Part shown: positions 23,641 through 36,417 of the stretch, one piece after another
Position numbering within the stretch: the stretch's first letter is position 1
Layout of the letters: each line of letters begins with the position of its first letter
From: Sarea resinae
Lineage: Eukaryota
Assembly: GCA_026026165.1 (NCBI GenBank)
Contig: JAPEUD010000012.1
Span: 372,001 to 436,000, forward strand
Length of the DNA: 64,000 bases
Reading direction: 5' to 3'
The notes under the pieces: generated by a model
Told to the model about the DNA's origin: nothing
What the model saw: only the letters and a program-made list of their open reading frames with translations
Database searches by the model: none
Made by a program: the position numbers and the translations under genes

Positions 23641-23937
23641 ATGCAATTCCAACTCGTCAACCTCATCGCCCTCTTCCTCGCGGCATTCCTGCCTTTGGTC
23701 GCCGCCCTCCCCCCTTACCCCATCGTCAACGGCACGGAGCTCAACGCTCGAGCTGCTCCCTCAGGCACGGCCCCCCTATCCACCGGCACCGCTGCGCCAG
23801 TAATCCTCAACAAGCGTGCACCCTTCAAGAGGCACCAGCACAAGCCGTTTCCCAGTGGTGGATTCCCGCCGTTTCCCAGTGGTGGATTCCCTCCATTCCC
23901 GACTGGCTCTGGCATCCCGTTCCCCACGGGATTCTAG
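23641..23937 (+). CDS. Small secreted protein, 98 aa, with Kex2-type dibasic sites and C-terminal PFP(S/T)G repeats
   Basis: Good start context (CAAGATG), signal peptide MQFQLVNLIALFLAAFLPLVAA, LNKR and FKR sites, C-ending codon bias, 24-nt tandem repeats 23845-23934. Confidence 0.85.
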   Translation: MQFQLVNLIALFLAAFLPLVAALPPYPIVNGTELNARAAPSGTAPLSTGTAAPVILNKRAPFKRHQHKPFPSGGFPPFPSGGFPPFPTGSGIPFPTGF

Positions 23938-25229
23938 ATCTGATGGCGATGGAGCTGAGCTGAGCTGAGCTGGGCTGAGAGCATGGGACGTTGTGGATGG
24001 GCTGGGGATTTGATGGGTACCGTGTTGAGGAAGTGGCAGACAGGTCTCGAACTGTCAATTTGGTCCTCTTGTCGTCGTTTAACTGGCCAACTGCGTTGGT
24101 TTAGTCGACCGTGACGGAAGGCAAGCGGGCATCGACTATGTCAGCTTCATCAATCCACCGTTTCCCTAGCAAGCTCGTTCTTTCCGTCGAAATACAAGGC
24201 CAACAGAGAAACTTCGCGTCTCATCTTCAACCCATCAGCTCCCCGTATCGATTGCAGCTCCACCCTCCCCTCTCCACCACTCATCGAATCTTCCCAGCCA
24301 ACAGCCTCCTTGTCATCGCCAATTTGCTCAAGTGTCACAGCAGTGCTAGACACTAGGTGAACCGGCCGACGAGGAGGAGCTCGAAGACTTCTCTCTCTCT
24401 TTCTCTCTACGACTGCTACGCCATCTACGGTGCCACCGGGCACGCTCTCTCACTCGACGAAGTCCACCTTGATTGACTTGACTTGACGACGACCGCTGCG
24501 GGCTGACTGGCTGACTGATTGACTGGCTGGGACACACACTGTCACTACACTCAATAGTTATTTCAATTCTATAGAGATATTTAATAAATTTTCCCAGATA
24601 CCAAATCTTCACTTCTCACCCCCGCTTATGCTCTCCCACCCCCTCCCCTTTCGATGGCTTTGAAGTCTCTGTATGTAGAGGCTGCGATCGAGACCTGATG
24701 CTAGCGCTAGCTGCTAGCTGCTAGCTGCTCTGCAAAAGTAGGTACTGAGAGGGCCCTGAAGCTGCTATGTAGGCGTCTATAGGGAGTATGATAGAGAGAA
24801 TGCAATGTGGCCCTTTTGTCTGCCTGTGTTTCGTGTTTCGTGTCCTTGCTGTTCTGGGGTCGAGATGGACGCGTGAAGGAGACAGACAGATTAGATATAC
24901 TACCCCCTTTCTTCTTTTTTTTTTCTGGCTCCATGGACCTAGACCTCTCCTTGGACTTCTCTCGCCTACGCTCTCTTCTCTTTCACTCATGAGGCCATTT
25001 CCTAGACCTAAAGGCACGCACACACACACAGAATTCCAAGTAGACTATTCCCAAGCCCAACCAATGGCCCAGTTGATGGCTGGCCCGTCCGTCACGACCA
25101 CCACTGCAGCCACAGTCGGAACCACAAACAACGACTCGACGCGAGCAGACAAGCAAGCAAACGAGACGGAACTGAACCCCCCCGTTCTACTAAGCTATTC
25201 ATTCCCCCTTCGACCGTCCTTCTTTTCTC

Positions 25230-25316
25230 CTATCTATCTATCTTATCATCTATCTATCTATCTGTCTGTCTATCTAGATATGTTGACAGACAGACAGACA
25301 GACAGACAGACAGAGA
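25230..25316. repeat. (TATC)n / (ACAG)n tetranucleotide microsatellites
   Basis: Read directly. Confidence 0.85.
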
Positions 25317-27977
25317 CCTACTAGGCTCTGATGATGAGAGGTCGGTCTCAGGAAGGGTATTTTAGCTAATTCTAAGGAACAAGGGCGGGTCTTCGCCATC
25401 TATCCTCTTTATGTACGCTCGAGCGAGAAAGAGAAAGGAGGAGGTTGGTTATATTGGTGGTTTCCAAATAAATAGTAGTAATATTGGAAGCGGTTGTTAG
25501 GTTCTCGTAACTTGCTTGCCTTTGGGATCTGCGATGGTGGTGGTGGCGGTGGTGGTGGTGCTCTCGATATATCTCAGGAATCCTCGTTCCAGCTACCTCT
25601 GACTATCTAGACTCGCACAACAATCGCGAGCGTACCCATAATCCCCAAGTCGTCTGAAGGAGTGAAGACTTAAGGCAAGGTACGGTAGGTAGAATCTCAT
25701 GCATACGCGCCTAGCTATACGCAGTATATACTCCGTACACAGTACATATCACATCACATCCAATACTATATCCAGATGGCTACCGCCGGGAGTGTACAGG
25801 GTAGATCTGTTGGGGCGGTCCCCAGAGCTGCGGAGGTTGCCAAGGAGTATGTATGATCGATGGTCTACTTCAGTAGAGTAGGTAGTACTGTAGTCTGTTG
25901 AAGTCGAATGGGATATATGTGATGATGATGATGATGGGCCGGCGGGGGGGAGGGGGGGGAGGGGGGGATCCGATTGCATCAAGTTGTGATAATGATTATT
26001 AGGGTAGGTGGGGTGATGCTATTCTCACTCAACGTCTCTTTGTTTTCTTTCCCCGGCCAGGCCGGGCCCGCCGCCCGGTCCCGCCTCGAGTGAGTCGATG
26101 GTCGGGGTTTGGGGATCTTCCGAGATGGCTACTATGGAATAGTGATCTGTACCGCGCGACTAGAGTACGTACTGTACGGAATACAGGATGGGAGGGAGGA
26201 GAGGACCCATTAGGTGATGCCTTGCACCTTTGGGTATTGTGATTACTATGTACGCAGTATGATGTTGGGTTAGAGCGGCTGCGGGATGATTAAGAAGGTC
26301 CGTATCTCGTAGCTCGAGTCGAGCTGTCGAGCGTACATAAAGGTAGCCGACTCGAGGTGACTACTGCACTATGAGCCAAACATTACGGTGATCGCTCCTA
26401 GGAAATAGATTGGGTGCGGTTCTGACGGCATAGGAGTAGAGGCTCTGTAAGCTGCGATAAGGTACTCTGGATTATGCATCAAATGCTGACCGCAAATCCA
26501 AGGTGAGTAGAATCCTCAGTACAGCGCTCATTTTAGTATGTACTGCGGTAGGAGGTACGAAGACCTACTCGCAGCGGAAATTCTATAGTCTCAAATAACT
26601 CCCTATTAATTGAAACAACACTGTCCACTAAGAGAGCAACGGAAAAGCAGATTAGTTGGCTATTGACTGTAGATACACTGTCAATTTACCGTAGTAATCC
26701 ATTAGAAACACTGCAAAACCGTTAGGAAACCAGCCCAATGGTCCCACTACGCAGTACTTCTGGTTGATCCATCAGGCACTGTCCTGTGGATTCATAATTC
26801 CGCCAAGGTACGGAGTAGTCCATGATTAGCCGGTTGAGTGGCGCCAACGAGTAGGCAGGTCGATCAAAGGACTATGGGTGGATTCTGCGGAGTGAGGATC
26901 CGGGTTGGTGGGACGAGGTGGGTGGGGATGGGAGGGGGTATTCCGAGTACGCGTACGTACGAGGTCAAGAATCTGGGTCTTGGCTCTGCCCGGTAAGGTG
27001 TTCCGTGAACATAAAGTCGAGCATCAATCGAGAGAGCACTCGAGGTACCTCTACTACCCCTGTCTTGCATACCGATGACATGGCCACGAAACATGAGGGA
27101 ATCTCACCGACCTTGGTACTGGTGAAAGTCATGGTAATTTCCACTCCTCTTTCATCTATCGTACTATTTCTCTTCCATCTTGTTTCTTGTCCCGGGGGTC
27201 TTCGAATGACAGCTGGAGGCTTCCGGGAGGAAGCCACTCTAACGTTCCAAGTGTCAGTCAGACAGTCCGGTCAAGAACAGGACTGAGGTGTCTTTGCTTG
27301 GTGCCCCCCCCTACGTAGCTCTCGTAATATCTTAGCAGATCTCGATTTCGACGGCGGATAAAGTTGCCTTTGCTCTACTCCGATAGCTAGGAAGTCACTA
27401 CAATCGTACCGCAGTACTCAAAAGTACGATGTGGACTGCGTGCGAATGCCATGCCAATTGCTTTCATTTGCCCTACCACACTCCCATTCCTGGGACATGC
27501 CCACGTTTCATCTCCCCCCCACCCCTGCTGCCATCTTCCTACTATGAGGAGAGTGCATATCCTTGGTCACCATCCTAATACATGCCATGGATCTCCGATC
27601 ATCATGCCAGAATCCCAATTTCTCCTGCGGGACCTACATTTCCTTCTTTCCTGAGATTACAGGCTAGGGCCGGGTACGTCACCTCTACTGCCATGCTTCT
27701 TCTACTCTACAGTACTCGTGGCTGTATTTCAAGTCGTTATTAATACTGGGGTCAGACCCATATGATATCCCTACTCTCGATCCAACTGACTTCTCATCAA
27801 CATCTACATCCTCTATATACACCACATCAAAGAGCTCGATATCAATTGAACATCTTGAATATCTAACAAGCCGATCGTGTTGGAATTCACATCCGAGGCA
27901 CCAGAATTCCCCATCGGTGACAAAGAAGTCAACTTATTACCCCCGTGAAGCTCTCGGGACACATTGCACAACTCGCA

Positions 27978-28556
27978 ATGCCCTCATCCTTCATGGCCAA
28001 CCCACAGAATAAAAGCCCAGAACGCGTATGCCTCTACCGATCCAATCGCCTTTATCTCCGCTAACATTGATTCTAGGGCTTCTTCCTTCAGAAATACCTC
28101 CTTCTTCATTCTCAGCACTCTCTCCTCCTCCACCAACGTTCATCACCCTCTTCTGCTTCAGGCACTACGGATACCTATCCGGATACCCCTTCAACTCGAG
28201 GTCGACGCAGCTCCTCCATAACTTCGACTTCCTCCATCTCGCCCTCCACATCGTCCTCGCAAGCATCTCCTTCCTCATTTGCCCCCCTTCATCGCGCCGA
28301 TTTGGTCGAGGAACAAGATGGCGAAGATGACGAGCGCCTGTACGACGTCAACCACCAGATCAAGACCGTATTGACTCAACTTCTGAACTGCGATTCCGTC
28401 AAACATGATAATCGCTTTCGCAACTGGGTCCAGAGCCGACTGATGGATGCCGAACATGAATTGAAGCAGCAGCGAAGAAGACGTAGCTTAGGAGGCGCGA
28501 GCGAGGAGCAGGCTGCTAACATTGGCCGCTTGTTGGAGGAGGAGGATGAGGAATGA
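27978..28556 (+). CDS. Small fungal hypothetical protein, 175 aa; exons 27978-28025, 28077-28556
   Basis: Intron 28026-28076 (GTATGC..CTAAC..TAG) joins MPSSFMANPQNKSPER to GFFLQKY, then a Ser-rich linker and a helical domain LYDVNHQIKTVLTQLLNCDSVKHD..RNWVQSRLMDAE..RRRRS. Confidence 0.82.
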
Positions 28557-30118
28557 GGATGGATGAGATGCTGACTCGGACGTCATGCCTGAGTCCACGA
28601 ATCAACTTCCTTCCACGATGAGCGTATCATTTTGCTCAATGTCACGATCAATCATGCGCCCCGACTATTGCGCTCCTATCACGGCCTCCTTACCGGCGCA
28701 ACATTGTTGTTTACTTTGATATCCAAGAGCCTGATCAATGGGCTCAGGCTGGATGCCCAGCGTCAATTTCAATTCGTTCCTTTCAATATCGGAGTAGACT
28801 CGTTTTTCGATGACGTGGGGAGTTATCGAGCGGAAGAAGGAAGGGGAAAGGATAGGACAGGGGAAACATGAATTAGATTGGTGGCCGGCGGCGTTTCATG
28901 TGCTTTTGATCCTCTCTCCTTCATCACTGTATTAAGTGTACTTTATTACTGTACCTAATACCTTCTCTGTGCCTGGCTGGTCCAGAGCCTACCCATCTAT
29001 GAAGATTCATGAAGTTACCGGAGAGGCAAGCGATTCAGATGCAAGCGAGGCAATCTTCAGTAGAGCCACCCTTATGACGTCCGAGGGCCCGGGAAAACTA
29101 CCTACCTGGATAGCTTTTTGACGGAGCCGTTCTTGGGGGTGATAAACGCTTGTGCATGATTTCGAACAATATTCCGAGAGTGGCTGCGCATCTTAGTCAT
29201 CATCGACTCAGGTACGGACACCTTCAGGTTAGGTCCGAGCAGACCCAGGGGCCCTCGGGCCCGGTTGAACAGTTGTGGCTGTGCTTCGGACTGCCAAGTT
29301 GCGATGCTCGTTTACATCGATGGATCCATGTTGATGACGGTACACAGCCAACGGGAATCGACCGCAATCCATCCCTCCTGGAACGGTACGGACGAGCTGG
29401 AACGAGCTGAAGACTCGGATTCGCAGTCATCTGCACTCCGTACGATGGTACGAGCCGTTCTCTCTCCCAACGTCATGCGCAAGTCACAACCCACCTGGGC
29501 AGCGGGCAAACTTCAGGGACCGCCAACGTCGTCGGACCCCTTAGGTTATAAGAGAAAAGACCAGTGATGCCTCTCGCACGTGTACTCGAGTAACTGTGGC
29601 GGCACGCACCATCATCAATGGTCATCATCCTCCGTACATGCCTAGTTCCCCTGCACTCCGTACTCTACAGCCTACACACTCTACTTCGTACAGCTGCCCA
29701 AGCCCTACAACTTCTGCAGTCAACGGGACTCCTCCCGAGCGAGCACGAGCAGATACCCGAACATACCTTGACCTTCTACTGCGAGTCACTGACACTTCTG
29801 CCTGGTTGCTCACTCGCTCATCTCCCGCCTCAGCCTCGATAACTTACCAATACCGTTCTACCTACCTTATAGCCCACCATACACCATACACCATACACCA
29901 TACTTTTCTTCAGCTGCAAAGCGCAACTCTCGATCTGACACATCTTCCTATCTTCAATATTGGGCTTGTCGTTCTGTCGCAGACCACAATATTTGCACAC
30001 TCTACAGCTCCTTTCATATCAAACTTCTACCTAAATTCGCGAGGCTTGCCCCGCAACGTCCCTTGGAATTGTCGTACGCTGGCCACCCCGCCAAACCGGT
30101 CAGATCAGTGCGCCCACA

Positions 30119-32120
30119 ATGGAGACGAAACTTCTACGGCGAAAGGATACCACGAAAGGCCCTCCTTTGCGTGTGCTCTCACTAGGTAAGCTTTCATCTT
30201 CTGTTTCCGCATCCGAGGACATGCGCGCTGACTTCTAAAAGATGGTGGGGGTGTACGCGGCTATTCCATGCTCATTCTACTTCAAGAACTCATGCATCGC
30301 ACATATGTCGAGATAGAGGGAAGGGCGCCACGGAGAGATCAAATACCGAAGCCATGCGACCACTTTGATCTCATCGCCGGGACTGGAACCGGAGGCCTGA
30401 TAGCGATAATGCTCGGGCGACTTCGTTTGGATCTGGAGACGTGCAAAGAAGTCTACGTTCGAATGACGAGACGCGTCTTTGAAACAGACAAGACCATCGC
30501 AGGCATTCCTTACCGGTCGACCTTATTCAAGGCCTCGAAGCTAGAGGAAGCAATAAAAGAGTGCGTGCGAGAACATACAATCTTCGACGACGAAGGAAAC
30601 GATAACATGACCGATAATACACAAATGCCTATGAGTCCCATGAGCCCGATGAGTCCCATGACTCCAGCAAGTGCCATGGGAGGCTTCAGCCCGAGAAGGA
30701 GTTTAAGCGTGGCGAGCACCCGAAGTGGCATGAATCCCGTGAATCTTCGAGGCCCACTAGGTACTTCTCGTTGGGGCAATCCGAACGCATCTCTCTACGA
30801 CTCGCGGGAAAATCGGACTAAGACGTAAGTCATTCCTTATATGCCCTTGTTGACTATGGCTAACAATTGTGAAGAGCTGTCACAGCGGTATACAAGGGCA
30901 CCCCAAAGAATGGCGCCCCCGCGCTCCTGAGGTCCTATGACTCGCGAAAAGAGCCTGCCCCAGAATTTAATTGTACAATATGGCAAGCTGGACGTGCCAC
31001 TTCCGCGACAGGCCTTGCTTTCAAACCCATACAGATTGGACAGTCAGTTTTCATCGACGAAGGAGCAGGGAAATACAATCCCTCGCCATACATACTAGAC
31101 GAAGCAGCTGTCAATGAGTGGCCGGGACGAGAAGTAGGCGTATTCGTCAGTATTGGCACTGGCAAAAGGCCGAGTGGGACCAACAACCAGCAGCATCTAT
31201 GGTGGGAAGGGTTCGTCAGCAGCGGAATAGGCGACTTTGCCGAAGCCAGGAGGAGGTTAATCTCAAAAATCGAAGGTTGCGAGGACACCCACCAGTACAT
31301 GATGAGTGACCATCTTGCCAAAAGAGGAGTCAATCCAGAAAACTACTACAGACTGAATGTGGAGGTGGGAGTGGGAGAATTTGGCATGAACGAGTGGAAC
31401 AGGCTGGCAGATATCAGCACCAGCACTCGGAGATACATGGCCAAGAACGATGTACAAAAAAATATGGTGGAGGCAGCGGCGAAGATGGCTCGAATTCAAC
31501 GAGCTAAATTGCGGCATGAGAATCACACAGCCGCGAACGAATGGGAAGAAGGCAGACTCGAGCAGCCGTTACCAGATCTTCCTAATGGCCCAAACGTCTC
31601 AGACGTCCCACCTCCATCCGACCCCATGGCCGTAGAATTACCGGCCGAGGAATACTTGCCACCATTACCTCTGCAAATGCCTCAACAGCAGCCGATATAC
31701 CATCAGCCAACAAATCAGCAGGCGGACCCTTTATACCCTCCCCCACTTCAATATCGCCCAGCACAAGTTGTATCGTCGGACGAGTATCCTCAACCAGTGG
31801 AACCCGAGGGCCCTCCAGCCCAAACCAGTGATCCATATCGAGGGAGCAATGATCATATCAATGGCACAGCAGGACCCCGATCATCTAGCGGTTCCATCAT
31901 CGCATCACCACGACGGAGCGGAGACGGCTACGCTTATGGACGACCAGGTGCCCCGCCTCTTCCTCCCAAGACACCTTTGCCGTATCTCGATGCCCGAGGT
32001 GGCAGAAGAGTTATTACTCCGCCGAGATCGAATCCAGGTATCAAGTTGCCATATCCTGACACTGATGGACCGCCTCCAGCCGTCAACATGGCCAGGAAGC
32101 CGGAGTATGGAGGATCCTGA
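30119..32120 (+). CDS. Patatin-like (iPLA2-gamma-like) protein with Pro-rich C-tail, 631 aa; exons 30119-30185, 30242-30824, 30875-32120
   Basis: LRVLSLDGGGVRG, FDLIAGTGTGGLIA, WQAGRATSA, FIDEG..NP, VSIGTG and YYRLNV. Both introns restore the frame. Confidence 0.93.
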
Positions 32121-34061
32121 TCACGCGCGATATATCCGTGCGGGTCATGGCGCTTGATGGACCTACCAATCTCTTTCTTCGGATGGCGTTTGGAGAGACT
32201 TTCTTCGTTTCCTAAAATCCGACGAGTGTTTACGAGCCGTTCTACTTGTTGATGATTTCCCAAATGCGTTATGATATCCTGCATCATTGGCCGTGATCTC
32301 GCATTTTTGTCTACTTCTCCGGCGTTCATCTACGTGTGCTGCTGTTTTCATTATACCTCATTGACGACCGGGTCAGTGGTTATGGATCATCTAGAAGATC
32401 GATCGAGCCTGGTGATTTTGGTAGAGGGGAGTCGGCGGCTTTTGGCGGTGTTGTCTCTCTCTGTCTCTGCGTGTGTGTGTGGAATGCCTGGTCGGGTCTT
32501 TTGGACCGCTGGCTGATACCACCGTACTCTTTGTTGTTGTATTCGAGCTTGCATAAAATCTATCATAGAGGGTGTAGCTACGTCGATCCGGTCGGTGGAT
32601 CATGAGAGGAGCTTTCGGCGCTGAGCGCATGTTAGTGCGAAGTACAATACCAAGACGTAGGTGTGAGAGTGTGTGAAGTGTGTGTTTGGGTTGACCGACG
32701 TAGCTACCGTCTCTTGCAGGCCTGCTTTGCCCAATGGGAAATGTGTGGGACGGTGGACGCGTACCCCTCGTTGCCGTGGCAAGAATCGAGGGTCGACCGA
32801 AATAGAACGAGGCGCCTCCGGAAATGCAGTACTACATACAGTTCAACATGTACTGGACTTCAGTCGTGATGACGGGCCGAGGAGTCCCGCGTCCTCCGTA
32901 CTCCGTTCTCCGCTCTCGACTCACGATCTGCTCTACATGGTATGAGGTATCTCCCAACAAGATCATCTCCATTGGACGAGATCGCCTGATGGATCTACGG
33001 TCTACTGCGCAGTACAGTACAGAAGTACAGTACGGAAGTACCGTACAGAGTACTCTGTCGCCGGAGGACGGAGGACTCGACTCAGGGGGGGCTGTGTGTG
33101 CTATGTGCATGTGGGCACTGAGGTGTGTGGTCGTCGTCGTCGTAGGGGAGTGACCGGCCGAGCGAGCGGTTTGGCGTTTCGGGGCGAGATGGCTATTGGT
33201 CTCGACCGGTCGCTGTACTCGCGTCCTCGATGGATGGGATGGGACTCGGTACCTGATCACTGGGGTGACCAAGGTAGTGCCCACGACAGCTAGTACTGGC
33301 TAGTACGAAGCAGATTCGAGCCACCAAGTCTCCTTCGAGTCTCCTTCGAGTCTCGTCGTGCTGGGACCCATGCCCGGATACCTTCGATGCGTCCAAGTAC
33401 CTACCTCGTAGTACTCCGGAGTACTGTCCCAGAGGTACTCCAAGTAGTTCTTTCCTAGTATTCTTCTCCGCGACCCAGACAATAGTACTTCATAGATTGC
33501 AAGACCTACCTTACCTACCTACCTAACTTAGGTAACCAATAACAGACCTATCCTCGACCTACTGTGTATGGCAATCAAAACTGCTTCTCCTACCACTACT
33601 TTGCAATAGTCGACTTGAGGCTCCTGCCACTGACTACCAGACAGACATCCGCCAATATACGATAGACGTTGTACGATCTCGACGAAGACCAGACGACTCG
33701 TTCTCTGTTCGTACATACCCCAGACGCTACAGCTGGACCCTTCTTCCGACTGCACGAGATCGTGACCTGGCAGCGGCACGACCAAAAACGATCGACACAT
33801 CTGCCCCCAAGACCTTGAGCCGATCATCTTGGACCTCCAGAATTCCACCAAGAATCTCGAGCGCTGTTCAACAGTACATGTCTGCCTCGATCGACGTTGG
33901 ACCGGCTGGCGATTCCCTTATCTCTTATCACTATTTACGTTGGGTCCGCCTGTCTCCCACTGCCCTTCTTTGTTGAAATCGTCAACCTCGAGCTGTTCCG
34001 GCGGCAGAAGAAGAGCACTTGACCGCCGCACGGCGGCTCGGCGCTTCCGCCCTGCCCAGCA

Positions 34062-36417
34062 ATGGACAATGCCGAAATCCTCCATGTCGCCCATACCATC
34101 TTTGCCCGAGCAACCAAAACGGCCGCAACCGCAACAGCCACTTCGACCGCAAGCTCAAGTAGCGCCAACAAGCCGCCAGTCTATAAAGCGATCGGCATAT
34201 CTTTGGCCGTGGCGTCGGGGCTGTTCATTGGCGTTTCGTTCGTCATCAAGAAGATCGGTTTGCTGAAGGCCAACGTTAAATACAACGAGGAAGCTGGAGA
34301 GGGCTATGGATATCTCAAAAACGGCTGGTGGTGGACGGGGATGACGTTGATGATTATCGGAGAGATATGTAATTTCGTCGCATACGCCTTTGTTGACGCT
34401 ATCTTGGTTACACCACTGGGGGCCTTGTCCGTCGTCATAACCACTATTCTGTCCGCTATATTTCTCAAGGAACGTTTGAGTTTTGTAGGGAAAATCGGAT
34501 GCTTTATCTGTATCATTGGGTCAGTCGTCATCGTCATCAATGCGCCATCGCAAGCGTCGGCCGGTACCATCCAGGAGATGCAGCATTACGTTATTGCCCC
34601 CGGATTCCTCAGTTATGCCGGTGTCGTCATCTTAGTCTGTGCCTTCATTGCTTTCTGGGCTGGGCCTAGATATGGTAAGAAGACTATGTTGGTGTATTTG
34701 AGCATCTGCAGTCTCATTGGAGGATTGAGCGTGGTTGCGACTCAGGGGCTTGGGGCTGCTGTTTTGTCACAAGCACGTGGGACGCCTCAATTCAATCAAT
34801 GGTTTCTTTACGTCTTATTTGTCTTCGTCATCGTTACTCTCGTGACGGAGATTATCTTCCTCAACGTAAGTCACCCTGACCCAGGAATTATCTAGAGCTG
34901 TCGCGCTAATTTCCTCGCAGAAAGCTCTTAATCTCTTCAACGCTGCCCTTGTTACACCAACCTATTATGTCTTCTTCACGAGTTCCACCATCGTCGCTTC
35001 CGCGATCCTCTTCCGGGGTTTCAAAGGGACACCAAGCTCTATTGTTACTGTCGTGATGGGGTTCTTGCAGATATGCTCTGGAGTAGTCCTACTGCAGCTT
35101 TCAAAATCCGCAAAAGATGTGCCCGACTCTGCCGTTTTCAGCGGCGATCTGGACCAAATGCGGACTGTCGCTGAACAGGAACAGCCCGAATCCGAGCCCA
35201 AGGCTGATGCTATACGTGGTACCGCTGCGATCATTCGCAGACTATCACAATCAAGGCAGAAATGGGAGGTCGAGGAAGCAAAACGAGTGCACGAGGACCG
35301 TCTCCGAGATCTCCAGCCTATTGGCGAAAACGAACAAATCGAGTGGGACGGATTGAGAAGAAGAAGGACATTGACGCCCCGACCAGGCACAGGCAGCCTG
35401 CAAAGACGAAAGACATTGCATCCGCCACTGGGGCTCACCCACTTTCCCGAAGATGACCCAGACGACCAAGAACGACCAAGTACTCGGGGAACAGACGAGA
35501 GTTTCATGGATAATCTCAAGAGGAGGGCACATAGCGCTTTCATTTCTGGTCCGCACAGGAGTATCAGCGGACGGACGGCCTCAGTGCGGGATACCGTCGG
35601 TCCTGTGCCGTTGACGGAAATATCGGTCACTGGCGACAAGGGAGAGGATTTTGTCAGTCCTCCTGGCGTTGTTCATTACTCTCAAGCTCCTAATCGAGCC
35701 TCGGATGAGATTCATTCGCTTGGGATGCCGCCGGGTCTACGGAGACATAGCGACATCACGTTCGATGGTACGAATACGAGCTACAAACCATCCACTTCTC
35801 CGCCTCCTGTCCGATGGGCGGATGATATAGGAAAAGAGCCTGCGAGATCGCCGGCAGCGCCAGCAACATCTTCAAGTGGACATTTAGCTCCTCAACCTCC
35901 ACCGCACAAGGCCAAACGCCAATTCTCGTTCCAAGACGTGTTTCATCGCAGCAAGTCTCCAGAACCTGAAGTCGCACGAAGACCCTCCAGTCGACTAGCT
36001 TTTGGATCCAGACACACGAGCAGAGAATACTCGGCTGCGCAGGTGAAGAATGCCACCGAGGAAGAGAGACTCGGTCTCGTGAAAGGCGATTCCCAGACTA
36101 TAGAATCCTCGGGGGGGCCTTCGCCCGAATATACGTCGGACCCCAGCGATGACGAGTGGCAGATCGAGAGCGCACCACGAGAACCGTCCCCGATTGGTGG
36201 CGAGAAAGAACTAGCGTACTATCAGGCAGACTTGCATGGATGGTCGCCGCCGGGCGAGTCGCATAGGAGAGATTCAAGACCCTTGACGCGGGCGAGTGAG
36301 GAAGATGACAGCGAGACCGACAGGAGGATCATGAAGGAGTGGGAATTTCGAGATGTGCATGAGCCCCATGACGATGATAGAGGAGGGGAGGGAGGTCCCA
36401 GCGGTGCTTTCATCTAG
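34062..36417 (+). CDS. NIPA-family (DUF803) Mg2+ transporter with long disordered C-tail, 766 aa; exons 34062-34865, 34921-36417
   Basis: IGVSFVIKKIGL, YLKNGWWWTGM..GEICNFVAYAF..LVTPLGALSV and KALNLFN..VTPTYYVFFT. Intron 34866-34920. Confidence 0.95.

Noticed and set aside
26380..26830. Slightly AT/TA-richer patch suggestive of a RIP-mutated transposon relic
   Set aside because: No terminal repeats, no residual transposase or RT motifs, and only mild skew.
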